Assembly: GCA_028687275.1 (NCBI GenBank)
Contig: JAQUAK010000001.1
Location: forward strand, 420,213-484,212
Length of the DNA stretch: 64,000 bases
Direction of reading: 5' to 3'
DNA from: Patescibacteria group bacterium
Lineage (GTDB): Bacteria > Patescibacteriota > Patescibacteriia > Patescibacteriales > UBA12465
The stretch's first letter is position 1, and each line of letters begins with the position of its first letter. The notes beneath the pieces are model-generated. The model was not told the origin of the DNA. It made no database searches and saw nothing but the letters and a program-made list of their open reading frames with translations. Of the stretch, positions 45,665 to 56,039 are shown piece after piece. The position numbers and the translations under genes were made by a program.

Positions 45665-46912
45665 TTATTTATTAGTATTTTTATCTCCTGTTAAAATTAG
45701 TTCGAGGGCCTTATTCATTTGTGGGTCGATCTCTTTATCAAGATCTTCTTTAGTATATTCAACTTCATATTCAGGCACAATTCCCTTCTCGTCGATAAAG
45801 TCTCCGGCTGGAGTAAGCCACTTGGCAACCGTTACTTTTAAAGTAGAACCATCACTTAAATCACGCAAACTCTGAACTGAGCCTTTACCAAAAGATTCAT
45901 CGCCAACTAAAGTTGCCTTCTTGTAGTCTCTTAAGGCTCCAGCGACAATTTCTGAGGCAGAAGCGCTGCCACCATTGATAAGTACAACTGTTTTGAATTT
46001 ACCTAAACTATCATTACCGTTAGCAAAGTATTCTTGGCGACGCCCTTCTCCAAATTGTTCAATGACCACCGGACCCTCTTTTACCCAAGCGCTAGCCATG
46101 CCAATAGCAGTATCTAAATATCCACCAGGATTATTACGTAAATCTAAGATTATGCCTTTAGGATTTTTAGTTAAAACTTCTTTAATAGCTGAGTTAAATA
46201 AGCCCATGGTATCGTCATTAAAATTACTAATAGTAATCACAAAGACGCCATCTTTTCTCATCTCTGTTTTCACGCTCTTAACCACAATTAAGCCACGAGT
46301 AATAGTTATAGTGATGGGTGCATCCTCACCTTCTCTAATAACAGTTAATTTCACCTCTGTGTCTTTAGGGCCACGAATTTTTTTAACAGCCTGATCAATA
46401 GTTAAACCAATAGTACTTTCATCGTTGATGGCATAAACCTTATCACCAGAGCGTAAGCCTGCCTTTTCAGCGGGCATACCATTTAAGGGAGCGATAATGG
46501 TTACAATATCATTACGCATACCAACTTCAGCGCCGATACCTTCGAAAGTGCCTGATAAATCATCGGCAAACTCTTTAGCCTCAACAGGGTCCATAAAAAT
46601 AGTATAAGGGTCATCCATAGAGGCCGCTAAGCCACGTAAAGAGCCATAGAACATATCCTCGTCCTTAACCATGTTCTTATCAACATAATCACTCTTTAAG
46701 CGATCCCAAACTTCCCAATATAAATTGAAGTTGAAAGATGATTCATTTTGAATAGCTATGGCTTCAGGCGAATAAGCAATTAGCTGAGGGTTGTCACTAT
46801 TTTTAGATGTCCAAGTTAGGCCGGCCACAAAAGAAATAACCATTAATGCAATTACCAGAAACCAGAGCCGTGCGGGAGTTGACTTAGATATTTTTTCTCT
46901 AAAACTGTTCAT
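45665..46912 (-). CDS. ctpA: S41 C-terminal processing peptidase (PDZ domain)
   Basis: N-terminal TM, PDZ domain (GLRSGDKVYAINDES), catalytic Ser (GGSASASEI) and catalytic Lys (SFGKGSVQ). Confidence 0.9.
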   Translation of the reverse strand: MNSFREKISKSTPARLWFLVIALMVISFVAGLTWTSKNSDNPQLIAYSPEAIAIQNESSFNFNLYWEVWDRLKSDYVDKNMVKDEDMFYGSLRGLAASMDDPYTIFMDPVEAKEFADDLSGTFEGIGAEVGMRNDIVTIIAPLNGMPAEKAGLRSGDKVYAINDESTIGLTIDQAVKKIRGPKDTEVKLTVIREGEDAPITITITRGLIVVKSVKTEMRKDGVFVITISNFNDDTMGLFNSAIKEVLTKNPKGIILDLRNNPGGYLDTAIGMASAWVKEGPVVIEQFGEGRRQEYFANGNDSLGKFKTVVLINGGSASASEIVAGALRDYKKATLVGDESFGKGSVQSLRDLSDGSTLKVTVAKWLTPAGDFIDEKGIVPEYEVEYTKEDLDKEIDPQMNKALELILTGDKNTNK

Positions 46913-46923
46913 ATAATAAAGTA

Positions 46924-47517
46924 TTATTTTCTTAAAACTTCCTGACTTCCATCATTATTAAGAAGTAATAATTTAGAAGCTAACTTAGAATTCTTGCCAC
47001 CAAATAAAATTAAATCTGGTCGCGGTTCTTTTTTAAATTTTTTCCAAGCCAAAGTGCCATCTAAAACTTTTTGGCCACTAAGATTAGCGCTGGTAGAAAT
47101 AAGTGGCACAGCCAATACTCTTATCATTTTACGCAAAAAATCACTTTTGGGCAAACGCACTGCTAAATAGGGGCTAGAAATAGAAATTTCTTTTGGGAGG
47201 ATTCCGCGATGTTTTAATAAAACTGAAGTCGGACGACTGCCTGACCATGTTTTTTGTAAAATTTCTGCTTGCTTGGAATTTATAAAACAATATTTTCTCG
47301 CCATCTGTAAACTAGAGACTAAAATGATAAGAGGTTTATTTTTATCTCTTTTTTTAATAGCAAAAATTTTTTTTATTGCCCTTAGGTTATCGGCGCGACA
47401 AGACAATCCGTAAATAGTGTCACTAGGCAGCATTAACACTTCACCTGACCTTAAACGCGCCACCAAGCGGCGGCGCAAATTAAAATCATCGTCAGAATGT
47501 AAAAATTCTTTATCCAT
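46924..47517 (-). CDS. tsaC: L-threonylcarbamoyladenylate synthase (TsaC/YrdC family)
   Basis: LPSDTIYGLSCRA and LISTSANLSGQ. Confidence 0.85.
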   Translation of the reverse strand: MDKEFLHSDDDFNLRRRLVARLRSGEVLMLPSDTIYGLSCRADNLRAIKKIFAIKKRDKNKPLIILVSSLQMARKYCFINSKQAEILQKTWSGSRPTSVLLKHRGILPKEISISSPYLAVRLPKSDFLRKMIRVLAVPLISTSANLSGQKVLDGTLAWKKFKKEPRPDLILFGGKNSKLASKLLLLNNDGSQEVLRK

Positions 47518-47523
47518 AAATAA

Positions 47524-48039
47524 CTAAATCACTGATTGCAAAGCTTTTAAAGCGGTTGGCAAAATTGGCGCCACTATTTGAACTATACTTAAGAAAAAAG
47601 GCGTTACCTGAGAAGAGACTAAATGATCACCGAAAAAACTACCAATCCAAGCATACTTTGAAGCCACAAATAAAATCATTCCAATAAATAAAGACCCCTC
47701 GAGGAAACCAAGCGCTCCACCCAACAAACGATTAATTAAACCGGTAAAAGGAATAATTGAAATGAGTTTAAATATTTTTTCAATAAAAATAAAAACCCAA
47801 TCAATCACTAGGGTAACAAGTATAAAGACAACTATAAAGGAAACTACCTTGCCTAATGATTCTCGACCACCAAAGATTCCCTGCCCCCACTGATAGAATT
47901 GTAAATAAAAATGGCTGGCAATAAATATACCAACAATTAATCCTGCCAGCTTACCGAGTAAGCGAATTAAACCTTTAGATAGACCGTTAAGGACAAAACC
48001 AACAACAATAATGATTAAAGCGATGTCAAAATAGGACAT
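47524..48039 (-). CDS. cvpA: CvpA-family membrane protein
   Basis: MSYFDIALIIIVVGFVLNGLSKGLIR and four TM helices. Confidence 0.8.
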   Translation of the reverse strand: MSYFDIALIIIVVGFVLNGLSKGLIRLLGKLAGLIVGIFIASHFYLQFYQWGQGIFGGRESLGKVVSFIVVFILVTLVIDWVFIFIEKIFKLISIIPFTGLINRLLGGALGFLEGSLFIGMILFVASKYAWIGSFFGDHLVSSQVTPFFLSIVQIVAPILPTALKALQSVI

Positions 48040-48044
48040 ATTTT

Positions 48045-49499
48045 TTATTTAGTCTCGACTTCCGCTATTAAACGCGGGAATAAAGATTCAGCTTTACTTA
48101 TTTGAGTTTGCGTAAATTGTTTAATAATTTTTTCCGCTGTAAGTGGTAAAAAAACTTGTAGCATCAAAGCAATATCTAAAATACGAGCCGCCAAAGGTTT
48201 TAAGACTGCTGCAATTTCTGAAACCTCAGTTAGCTTCCAAGGAGCCTTAATAGTTAATTCTTCATTACAAGCAGCAATATCTTGCCAAATATATTGCAAA
48301 GCCCGATGAAACTGATAATCATTTAAACCACTTTCTGTTGTTAAGCGAAGGATAGAGGACTTATCATTCACTACTAAATTAGTAGTGATATTGTTTTTTT
48401 CCAATAAGGTGCTAACCCGAGCCACCAAATTACCCAAACCATTAGCCAAGTCAGCGTTATATTTTATACGTAAACGTTCTTCAGAAAAATCTCCATCCTC
48501 AAAAGGAAGAATTTCAGTTAATAGATAATAGCGTAATGCTTCCCCGCCATATTTATCGGTTAATTCGTAAGGATCAACACCATTACCCAAGCTTTTGCTA
48601 ATCTTCTGTCCGTTAGCTGTCAAAAAACCAAAAATTAATACTTGCTTAGAAAGCGGCAGCTGTGCTGATAATAACATCGCTTGCCACATAGCTGATTGCT
48701 GACGTAAATTATCTTTACCGCAGACCTGTATAGCTGGCCAATAATTATTAAAATTTTCTTCATCCTCGGGCCAACCTAAAGTAGAAATATAATTTACTAA
48801 AGCATCAAACCAAACATACATTACCTGTTCATCGTCCCCAGGAATTGCGACGCCATTAGGCATCTTACTTTTAAGCCTTGAAATACTAAAATCCTGCAAA
48901 CCAGAGCTGACAAAGTTTTTTATTTCTGTAAAACGATGAATTGGTACAACAAAATCAGGGTTGGCATTATAAAAATCCAGTAAGGGCTGTTGATATTTAG
49001 AAAAACGAAAGAAATAATTTTCCTCTTCAATTAATTCTATTTCTCGATTGGGATGCAAGGAGCAATGCCCATCAACTAGTTCTGAATCGGTTTTTTCCAT
49101 TTCACAACCAACACAATATTTTACCGAATAAGCTTTTTTATAAATATCACCGTTATCCTGACATTTTTGCCAAAAAACTTGAGCCGCTTTTTCATGATGT
49201 TCATCGGAGGTGCGGATGAAATTAGTGAAACTTAAATTTAAGGTTTCTTTTAAAGACTTAAAGCGCTCTGCCAAAGGATCGCAATAAGCACGCGCCGATA
49301 AACCAGCTGCTACTGCTTGTTGATAAATTTTTAAACCATGTTCATCAGTGCCGGTATTAAAAATAACTTCCCTGCCTTGCAATCTCTGATAACGAGCGAT
49401 CACGTCAGCTTTAATTAGCTCTGCGGCAAAACCAATGTGAGGATCAGAATTAGTGTAAGGCAAAGTTGTGGTAATATAAAATTTATTTGTTTTAGACAT
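48045..49499 (-). CDS. metG: Methionyl-tRNA synthetase (short form)
   Basis: HIGH-like PHIGFA, KMSKS-like KISKS and a Zn-knuckle (CVGCEM...CSLHP). Confidence 0.95.
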   Translation of the reverse strand: MSKTNKFYITTTLPYTNSDPHIGFAAELIKADVIARYQRLQGREVIFNTGTDEHGLKIYQQAVAAGLSARAYCDPLAERFKSLKETLNLSFTNFIRTSDEHHEKAAQVFWQKCQDNGDIYKKAYSVKYCVGCEMEKTDSELVDGHCSLHPNREIELIEEENYFFRFSKYQQPLLDFYNANPDFVVPIHRFTEIKNFVSSGLQDFSISRLKSKMPNGVAIPGDDEQVMYVWFDALVNYISTLGWPEDEENFNNYWPAIQVCGKDNLRQQSAMWQAMLLSAQLPLSKQVLIFGFLTANGQKISKSLGNGVDPYELTDKYGGEALRYYLLTEILPFEDGDFSEERLRIKYNADLANGLGNLVARVSTLLEKNNITTNLVVNDKSSILRLTTESGLNDYQFHRALQYIWQDIAACNEELTIKAPWKLTEVSEIAAVLKPLAARILDIALMLQVFLPLTAEKIIKQFTQTQISKAESLFPRLIAEVETK

Positions 49500-49501
49500 A
49501 A

Positions 49502-50206
49502 TTATTTTTTTATTTTTCTAACCAGAACAACAAATTCTCCTTTTTGCATATCCAGGTCATTAGCTAGTTGCTTGGCTAAAGTGGCAGGCTGGCCAAAGTA
49601 TAAACTCTCAAACATCTTTGTTAACTCACGCGCTAACATCACCTCTATAGTTAATTCATACTCAGCCACTATAATTGACATTTCCTCTAAACACTTAGCA
49701 ATTCTGTGTTTGGACTCATAAAACACAGCCGGATAATCATTAACTAAAATTTCTTTAAGCATGGTTTGGCGACCTTTTTTATGAGGCAGAAAGCCAAAGA
49801 AAGTGAAGCGATCAACTGGCCAACCAGAGACAGATAAGGCTGAAATGGCGGCATTGGCGCCAGGCAAAGCGACAACGGATAATTCTGGCCCATATTCTTG
49901 ACGAGCTGCTGCCACCAACATTGAACCTGGATCAGAAATTCCTGGTGTGCCTGCGTCAGAAACTAAAACTAAATTTTTACCCTCAGCCAAATATCTCAAC
50001 AACTGCTGCACCTTGCCACCCCCAGAATGCTGATGATAAGAGATAGTGGCAGTTTTAATTTCATATTTACTTAATAGCTGATGAGTGGTTCTAGTATCTT
50101 CACACAAAATATAATCAGCCTCCTTAAAAATACGCAAAGCGCGCAAACTTATATCCTCTAAATTACCTATGGGCGTAGCCGCCACGTATAAAATTCCTAA
50201 AGACAT
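49502..50206 (-). CDS. rsmI: 16S rRNA (cytidine1402-2'-O)-methyltransferase
   Basis: LYVAATPIGNLEDISLRAL, ILCEDTR and SDAGTPGISDPG. Confidence 0.9.
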   Translation of the reverse strand: MSLGILYVAATPIGNLEDISLRALRIFKEADYILCEDTRTTHQLLSKYEIKTATISYHQHSGGGKVQQLLRYLAEGKNLVLVSDAGTPGISDPGSMLVAAARQEYGPELSVVALPGANAAISALSVSGWPVDRFTFFGFLPHKKGRQTMLKEILVNDYPAVFYESKHRIAKCLEEMSIIVAEYELTIEVMLARELTKMFESLYFGQPATLAKQLANDLDMQKGEFVVLVRKIKK

Positions 50207-50208
50207 AA

Positions 50209-51933
50209 TTAAACAACATTATCCTTTCTTTCTTTAACATATTTAGTCCACTCCTCAGCGACGTCAACTAATATTTTAAAAGGAGCTTCAATAATAAAAT
50301 CAAAAATAAAGACGAAGACATTAACTTTAGAAACATTATTAGATAGCCATTTACCAGCCATAATAATGGGCATATAAAACAAATCTATTAAGAAAGAAAT
50401 TAAATTATCCTTCTTTTCAACAACCAATAATTCTTTAACCCCCCTGGTCACAATAATACTAAAGAAACTTACAAAAGCTAAAAAGAATAGAAATATAATC
50501 ATACTAACCCAAGTGAAGTTCATTTTGTCTAAAACCCAAATAATAAAATAAACAGATACAAAAAAAGCGGCTGTATAAACAATATTAAAAATAAAATTCA
50601 TCAGTCCATGACGTTTCTTAAGATTTCTTAATAAAATTGCTTGTTGACGTTCATGTCCTATTAAGGCTATTTCTCTGACCCCTTCAACAATACGATCAGT
50701 ATTATCCTCTCCTGGCACACGGGTAAAAGAAACAATCAAAAATAATAACACTGCTGGAAAAGAAACATTAATCGCTAAGGCGGCGACATTGAGAGGCTCA
50801 TTAAACCAATTAATAGCTGGAATTTCAATTAAAAATACAAAAATTGACTTAGTTAAAAAAATATAAATAATACTACGTAAAGCAGCTCGCCATAAACGTG
50901 ATTTAGCCTTTTTATATTTACTATTACAAACTTTACGAATAGCATTAAAAAAATTCTTGGGATTTTGCTTGAATTCATTATAAACCTTAGCCGGATTACT
51001 ATCGATTGTTTCTTGCAAGACACTAAAATATAAGGCATAACGATGAACAATCCTGTCTAACTCCTTGCGCAAAGGGTGCTTTAATTGTTCATCGATAGCG
51101 AAGCGTATATTTGTAATATTATCCGCAACAGCTGCAATCTTTTCATCACTAATAGTAAAGACGGCGTCAATTTTATCATCTACCCAGTCCTGGTTATAAT
51201 ATTTAAACAAAACGAAGGCGAGCATATCATCGTCAAAACGAGCATAATTACGACCCACGCTTAAATAAATCTGGATCTCTAAATCTTGGTTGTAAGGCAT
51301 GTCGACCGGCAACTTAATAATCTGAATTAAAGAATCAAACATGATATTAACCATGGCTCGCTTGGTTTGAGATACGCCTAAATTTTCCTCAATTTCACAA
51401 GCAGCTAGAGTCAAGAGCCAACCGACTAAACGATTATTATCTTGAATTTCATTTTTAGCTTTATTGATATCCGTCTTCAAACCCAGGCGAGAATTATTCA
51501 AACTTAAGCAAGCTGTACGTAAACGCAAATACTTATCTAAGGTCCTAGCGACTTCAGCTACTTTAATCTCTGGTAACTTATTATTAGGCAGATAACTACC
51601 ACGAATTAGTTCCTCCAACAAATGACGAGCTAAAACTTCGGTGCTTGGCACTTTAAGTAAACCCTCAATAATAACTTGACGCCGTAAAATGCGAGCAATA
51701 GCATTTTTACGCAGCAAGTGATCCTCTTCGTAATCAACAGCGTTTCTTACTTTTTCATAGAAAAAGGCCATTTTAGAAATAAGTTCAGATACTTGTATGC
51801 GTGGAGTCTCATCGTCATTATTGTCTTCACGGTTAAGATCATTGTAAATCGCCTGAAAAAGCTTCTTCGCATTTTCATTCATTTCCTCCCCATCAGTAGG
51901 AATTTTTTTTGTTGCTAAATTTGGGCTAACCAT
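50209..51933 (-). CDS. Hypothetical multi-pass membrane protein (soluble ~340-aa N-terminus, at least 5 C-terminal TM helices)
   Basis: Long ORF lying 2 nt upstream of rsmI. Hydrophobic segments appear from about residue 345. I recognise no catalytic motif. Confidence 0.7.
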   Translation of the reverse strand: MVSPNLATKKIPTDGEEMNENAKKLFQAIYNDLNREDNNDDETPRIQVSELISKMAFFYEKVRNAVDYEEDHLLRKNAIARILRRQVIIEGLLKVPSTEVLARHLLEELIRGSYLPNNKLPEIKVAEVARTLDKYLRLRTACLSLNNSRLGLKTDINKAKNEIQDNNRLVGWLLTLAACEIEENLGVSQTKRAMVNIMFDSLIQIIKLPVDMPYNQDLEIQIYLSVGRNYARFDDDMLAFVLFKYYNQDWVDDKIDAVFTISDEKIAAVADNITNIRFAIDEQLKHPLRKELDRIVHRYALYFSVLQETIDSNPAKVYNEFKQNPKNFFNAIRKVCNSKYKKAKSRLWRAALRSIIYIFLTKSIFVFLIEIPAINWFNEPLNVAALAINVSFPAVLLFLIVSFTRVPGEDNTDRIVEGVREIALIGHERQQAILLRNLKKRHGLMNFIFNIVYTAAFFVSVYFIIWVLDKMNFTWVSMIIFLFFLAFVSFFSIIVTRGVKELLVVEKKDNLISFLIDLFYMPIIMAGKWLSNNVSKVNVFVFIFDFIIEAPFKILVDVAEEWTKYVKERKDNVV

Positions 51934-52002
51934 ATAAATTTTTTGTTCATTTTTATTTTATCTTGTTTGACCCGAAAAAGCAACGGGAATGCTCTAAATA
52001 CC

Positions 52003-52031
52003 TTGACAGCGCCTATATATTTGGGTAATAT
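52003..52031 (+). promoter_or_regulatory. Sigma70 promoter for secE-nusG-rplK-rplA
   Basis: TTGACA at 52003-52008, a 17-nt spacer and TAATAT at 52026-52031. Confidence 0.65.
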
Positions 52032-52091
52032 ATAAGCAGATAAAAAAATTGGCCTTAAAGGCTCTTTTTAATATTACAAAATTAACCTAAT

Positions 52092-52277
52092 ATGAGCAAA
52101 ATCAGCCGCTATCTTCAGGAATCACTGGAGGAAATGAAAAAAGTCACTTGGCCAAGCAAAAAAGAAACCTACCACTATACTTTATTAGTGATTGGTATTT
52201 CTTTAGGTGTTGCCGCCTTTTTAGGTATTCTCGACTATATTTTTAACTACGGTCTTGAAACCCTTATTATAAAATAA
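52092..52277 (+). CDS. secE: Preprotein translocase subunit SecE
   Basis: EEMKKVTWPSKKET followed by a single TM. It lies immediately upstream of nusG. Confidence 0.85.
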   Translation: MSKISRYLQESLEEMKKVTWPSKKETYHYTLLVIGISLGVAAFLGILDYIFNYGLETLIIK

Positions 52278-52341
52278 ATTTTCTTCACAAACGCGTACTA
52301 AGGTCGATTATTAAAATTGGCTAACAGACGTCTTTAAACTT

Positions 52342-52887
52342 ATGGCTAAACAATTATTAAACCAAGGGAGACGCTGGTATGTTTTACATACCTACTCTGG
52401 CTACGAAGAAAATGTCGCTGAAAATTTAAAACAAAGAGTTGAATCCTTAGATATGGAGAATAAGATATTTAATATTCTTATTCCTACTGAAAAGAAAATT
52501 AAGATCAAAAATGGCAAGCGTAAAGTCAGCGAAGAGAAGATCTTCCCTGGCTATATCCTAGTAGAAATGGAAGTGGCCGATGACTCCTGGTACGTTGTTC
52601 GCAATACTCCTAACGTTACTGGCTTTATTGGAACAGGCACTATCCCTACCCCAATCAGCGATGAAGAAGTTAAATCTTTACAGAAACGCATGGGTGTTGA
52701 AGATCCTAAATTTGTTATTGATGTAGTTGTTGGCTCCGCTGTCCAAATTAATGAAGGCCCTTTTAAGAACATGGAAGGTAAAGTAACTAGCATTGATGAG
52801 GCTAAGGGCAAAGTTAAGGTTTCCGTTTCCATGTTTGGTCGTGAAACTCCGGTTGAACTAGACTTCCTACAAATTAAGAAATCATAA
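52342..52887 (+). CDS. nusG: Transcription termination/antitermination factor NusG
   Basis: RWYVLHTYSGYE, the NGN domain and a KOW motif (VQINEGPFKNMEGKV). Confidence 0.95.
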   Translation: MAKQLLNQGRRWYVLHTYSGYEENVAENLKQRVESLDMENKIFNILIPTEKKIKIKNGKRKVSEEKIFPGYILVEMEVADDSWYVVRNTPNVTGFIGTGTIPTPISDEEVKSLQKRMGVEDPKFVIDVVVGSAVQINEGPFKNMEGKVTSIDEAKGKVKVSVSMFGRETPVELDFLQIKKS

Positions 52888-52951
52888 ATTTATTATATAA
52901 ATAAGCTTTCCCGGTTGCTTCTACGGTCAAGCTCAAAAATTTCATTATTAT

Positions 52952-53377
52952 ATGGCCAAAAAAATTAAGACAAAAATTAAATTACAAATAGCTGGCGGAC
53001 AAGCTAACCCAGCCCCTCCGGTCGGACCAGCTTTAGGTCAACACGGCTTAAATATTGCTGAATTCTGTCAGAAATTTAACGAAGCTACTCGTGATAAGAT
53101 GGGTGATATTATTCCAGTTGAAATTACTGTTTTTGAAGATCGCACCTATACCTTTATCTTAAAAACTCCTCCTGCTTCTGAATTAATTAAGAAAGCGGCT
53201 GGTATTAAGAAGGGTTCTGGTAAGCCTCGCTCTGATAAGGTCGGTAAAATAACTAAAGCTCAATTAGCAGAGATTGCTACCACTAAGATGCCTGATTTAA
53301 ATGCTAACGACCTTGACGCAGCGATGAATATTATTGCTGGAACTGCCCGTCAAATGGGTGTTGAAATTAAAGATTAA
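52952..53377 (+). CDS. rplK: 50S ribosomal protein L11
   Basis: [26 protein letters not shown]. Confidence 0.97.
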   Translation: MAKKIKTKIKLQIAGGQANPAPPVGPALGQHGLNIAEFCQKFNEATRDKMGDIIPVEITVFEDRTYTFILKTPPASELIKKAAGIKKGSGKPRSDKVGKITKAQLAEIATTKMPDLNANDLDAAMNIIAGTARQMGVEIKD

Positions 53378-53444
53378 TTAACTATTGTGGGAGCTTGATG
53401 ACTGACATATTCAGTTACTAGCGTTATTCCACCACGAAAAATAT

Positions 53445-54158
53445 ATGACAAAAAAAGTTGAAAAAACAAATGAAAAAAAGGAGATAAAGAAGGCTAAGAA
53501 AGATTATTCCGCTATTTACAATCAAATGACTCCTTACAGCGTTGAAGAGGCTATTACCATTGTTAAGAAATTAAGCAAAGTTAAGTTTGACCCCTCAGTT
53601 GAAGTTCATATCCGCTTAGGTATCAATCCTAAAAAGAGTGACCAATTAGTTCGTGGGGCTGTTAGTCTGCCTAATGGCACTGGCAAAACTGTTCGCGTAG
53701 CCGCCTTTGTTTCCCCTGACAGTGAAACAGCTTGTAAGGCAGCCGGAGCTGAATTTGTTGGTGGCGATGAATTAATTGCTGAGATTAAAAAAACTGGCAA
53801 GACTGAATTCGAAGTTGCCATTGCCGAACCTTTAATGATGAGAAACTTGGCAGTAATTGCTAAGATTTTAGGTACTCGAGGCTTAATGCCTTCTCCAAAG
53901 AATGACACTGTTACTCCTAATCCGGTTAAATCAATCGAAGAGTTAAAGAAAGGTAAGGTTAGCTTTAAAAATGATGACACCAGTAATTTACATGCTGTTA
54001 TTGGAAAATTGAGTTTTGATGATAAGAAACTAGTGGAAAATTACCAGGCTTTTATTGACGCTGTTCGTAAGATTAAACCAGCGACAGCTAAAGGAAGTTA
54101 TATCAAGGGTATTTCCCTCTGTGCTTCCATGAGTCCTAGCGTTAAAGTTATTATCTAA
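53445..54158 (+). CDS. rplA: 50S ribosomal protein L1
   Basis: KFDPSVEVHIRLGINPKKSDQLVRGAVSLPNGTGK. Confidence 0.97.
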   Translation: MTKKVEKTNEKKEIKKAKKDYSAIYNQMTPYSVEEAITIVKKLSKVKFDPSVEVHIRLGINPKKSDQLVRGAVSLPNGTGKTVRVAAFVSPDSETACKAAGAEFVGGDELIAEIKKTGKTEFEVAIAEPLMMRNLAVIAKILGTRGLMPSPKNDTVTPNPVKSIEELKKGKVSFKNDDTSNLHAVIGKLSFDDKKLVENYQAFIDAVRKIKPATAKGSYIKGISLCASMSPSVKVII

Positions 54159-54184
54159 TTATCTTGATCTCTAGATAAAAAAAT

Positions 54185-54442
54185 ATGAAAAAGTTATTTA
54201 TTGGTGGCCTATCCTTTGAAACAAATGAATATATGTTAACAGAATTGTTTGCCAAAGCTGGCACTGTTACCTCTGCCGTTGTCATCAAAGATAAAATGAC
54301 TAAGCGCTCTAAAGGTTTCGGCTTTGTAGAAATGGAAACCGAAGAAATGGCTCAAGCTGCCATCGCTATGTGGAACGGACAAGAATTAGACGGTCGCAAA
54401 GTTACTGTTAACGAAGCTAGGCCGTTAGAAAAAAGATTCTAA
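54185..54442 (+). CDS. RRM-type RNA-binding protein
   Basis: RNP-2 (KLFIGGL) and RNP-1 (KGFGFVEM). Confidence 0.9.
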   Translation: MKKLFIGGLSFETNEYMLTELFAKAGTVTSAVVIKDKMTKRSKGFGFVEMETEEMAQAAIAMWNGQELDGRKVTVNEARPLEKRF

Positions 54443-54471
54443 ATTGAAATTATACTTAAAGTTGATACGAC

Positions 54472-54504
54472 AAAAACCCCTGCAATATAATTGCAGGGGT
54501 TTTT
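54472..54504 (+). terminator. Intrinsic terminator
   Basis: A 9-bp stem cccctgcaa / ttgcagggg with a 5-nt loop, followed by T5. Confidence 0.85.
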
Positions 54505-54541
54505 ATAAAAATAATTTAGAAGACTCTTAAATACTTCTATA

Positions 54542-55069
54542 CTAAATAGAATTAAGTAACAATACATACTCCTCGGCATGAGGAACTAAGTTTGCTTGTT
54601 TATTTACAAGCATTGCTTGTAATTCTTCCACCGACACCCATTTTAAACCACAAAGCTCCTCTGCCTGAATCTTTAATTGATTAATATCTAAATCTAATCT
54701 TACTAAATATATATGATGAAATTCATTATTAAAATAAGTATTATTATTTAATATAGTTTTATGCTTAATAATGCCAATAAGCTTTAAATTATCCACACTT
54801 AAATCAACTCCAATTTCTTCCTTAATTTCTCTTAAGGCCGCGACTTCAACATCCTCCCCACTGGACACATGACCCGCTACCGATATATCCCAATAATTTG
54901 GATAATTTTCTTTTTTTTCTGAACGATGTTGTAATAGTATTTGATTTTTAGAATTTACTATCCAGATATGTGCGGTTTTATGCCACAAACCATTAGCGTG
55001 GACCTCCGACTTAGCCTTTACAAAGCCGGTATCCTCTCCATCTTCATCTAAAATATCAATTAATTCCAT
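54542..55069 (-). CDS. NUDIX hydrolase
   Basis: Nudix box AGHVSSGEDVEVAALREIKEEIGV. Confidence 0.85.
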   Translation of the reverse strand: MELIDILDEDGEDTGFVKAKSEVHANGLWHKTAHIWIVNSKNQILLQHRSEKKENYPNYWDISVAGHVSSGEDVEVAALREIKEEIGVDLSVDNLKLIGIIKHKTILNNNTYFNNEFHHIYLVRLDLDINQLKIQAEELCGLKWVSVEELQAMLVNKQANLVPHAEEYVLLLNSI

Positions 55070-55146
55070 ATTTTTACATTAGCTATACTTATTAATTTTA
55101 GCACAGATGAAAGAATAATTAAAAAAAAATTAGGTAATGCCTAAAT

Positions 55147-55173
55147 AAAAGACGGGCTAATACCCGTCTTTTT
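55147..55173 (-). terminator. Terminator after cyclophilin gene
   Basis: Stem agacggg / cccgtct with a 6-nt loop and flanking A/T runs. Confidence 0.6.
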
Positions 55174-55197
55174 ATTAAACTCCCTATTATATAAAAA

Positions 55198-55992
55198 CTA
55201 CTTAAGCAACTCAATGCTCTCTACCGTTACATCATCCAAAGGATGATCGTTACCATTAACAGCTACTAAGCCAATTTGATTAACTATGTCCATGCCAGAA
55301 ATAACCTGACCAAAATTAGTATGAGCACCATCTAACCAAGGAGTGGAGGCGGCAGTTACAATAAAGAACTGAGAACCATTGCTACTGGTGCCAGCCCCTC
55401 TATTAGCCATGGCTAAAGAACCGGCCACTAATTTATGACTATTAAACTCATCAGCAAAATAATAACCAGGGCCACCAATACCATCATTAGACCAGTCATC
55501 ATCCTTAGAGTTTGGATCACCACCTTGAATCATAAAGTCTTTAATCACCCGATGAAATTTAGTGTTATTATAGAAACCAGCTTGAGCTAAATTTAGGAAG
55601 TTATTCACGGTTATTGGCGAGTCTTCATTGTAGAACTTAACCTGAACATTGCCTAAATTGGTTTTAATAATAGCACCGCTGTATTTAGCTAATAAATTAA
55701 CTTGTTTATCTGGAGATACCACTTGGGCCACAGCCTCTTCTTGCACATCTTTTTCTGTCATAGTTTTTTCTGTATTGGCCGGAGCGGCCTCAGCCACAAA
55801 ATCTCCAGCCTCAATTTTTTTATCAGTCTCAACATTATTATTTATCTGTCGAGTGCTGGCTGTTTCGGAAACAGCATTTTGATCTTGGATATCCATATTA
55901 TCGTTAACATTAGGTTCGGTGCCACAAGCAGACAAGGTTAAAACTAAGCCCACTAAACTAAACACCAAAAATGATTTATTAATTTTTTTCAT
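55198..55992 (-). CDS. Cyclophilin-type peptidyl-prolyl isomerase, lipoprotein
   Basis: Lipobox LTLSAC and cyclophilin core FHRVIKDFMIQGGDP...GSQFFI. Confidence 0.9.
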   Translation of the reverse strand: MKKINKSFLVFSLVGLVLTLSACGTEPNVNDNMDIQDQNAVSETASTRQINNNVETDKKIEAGDFVAEAAPANTEKTMTEKDVQEEAVAQVVSPDKQVNLLAKYSGAIIKTNLGNVQVKFYNEDSPITVNNFLNLAQAGFYNNTKFHRVIKDFMIQGGDPNSKDDDWSNDGIGGPGYYFADEFNSHKLVAGSLAMANRGAGTSSNGSQFFIVTAASTPWLDGAHTNFGQVISGMDIVNQIGLVAVNGNDHPLDDVTVESIELLK

Positions 55993-56039
55993 AAAATTAT
56001 AATTAATTCCTTAATCTCAAATTAAGGCTTGAATATAGA

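Noticed and set aside
53387-53435. A possible L1-binding mRNA mimic (GTGGGAG...ACTGA-catat-TCAGT...CCACCAC) in the rplK-rplA spacer.
   Set aside because: Only a 4-bp closing stem and a 5-bp inner stem are present. I cannot verify the conserved L1-site geometry by eye.
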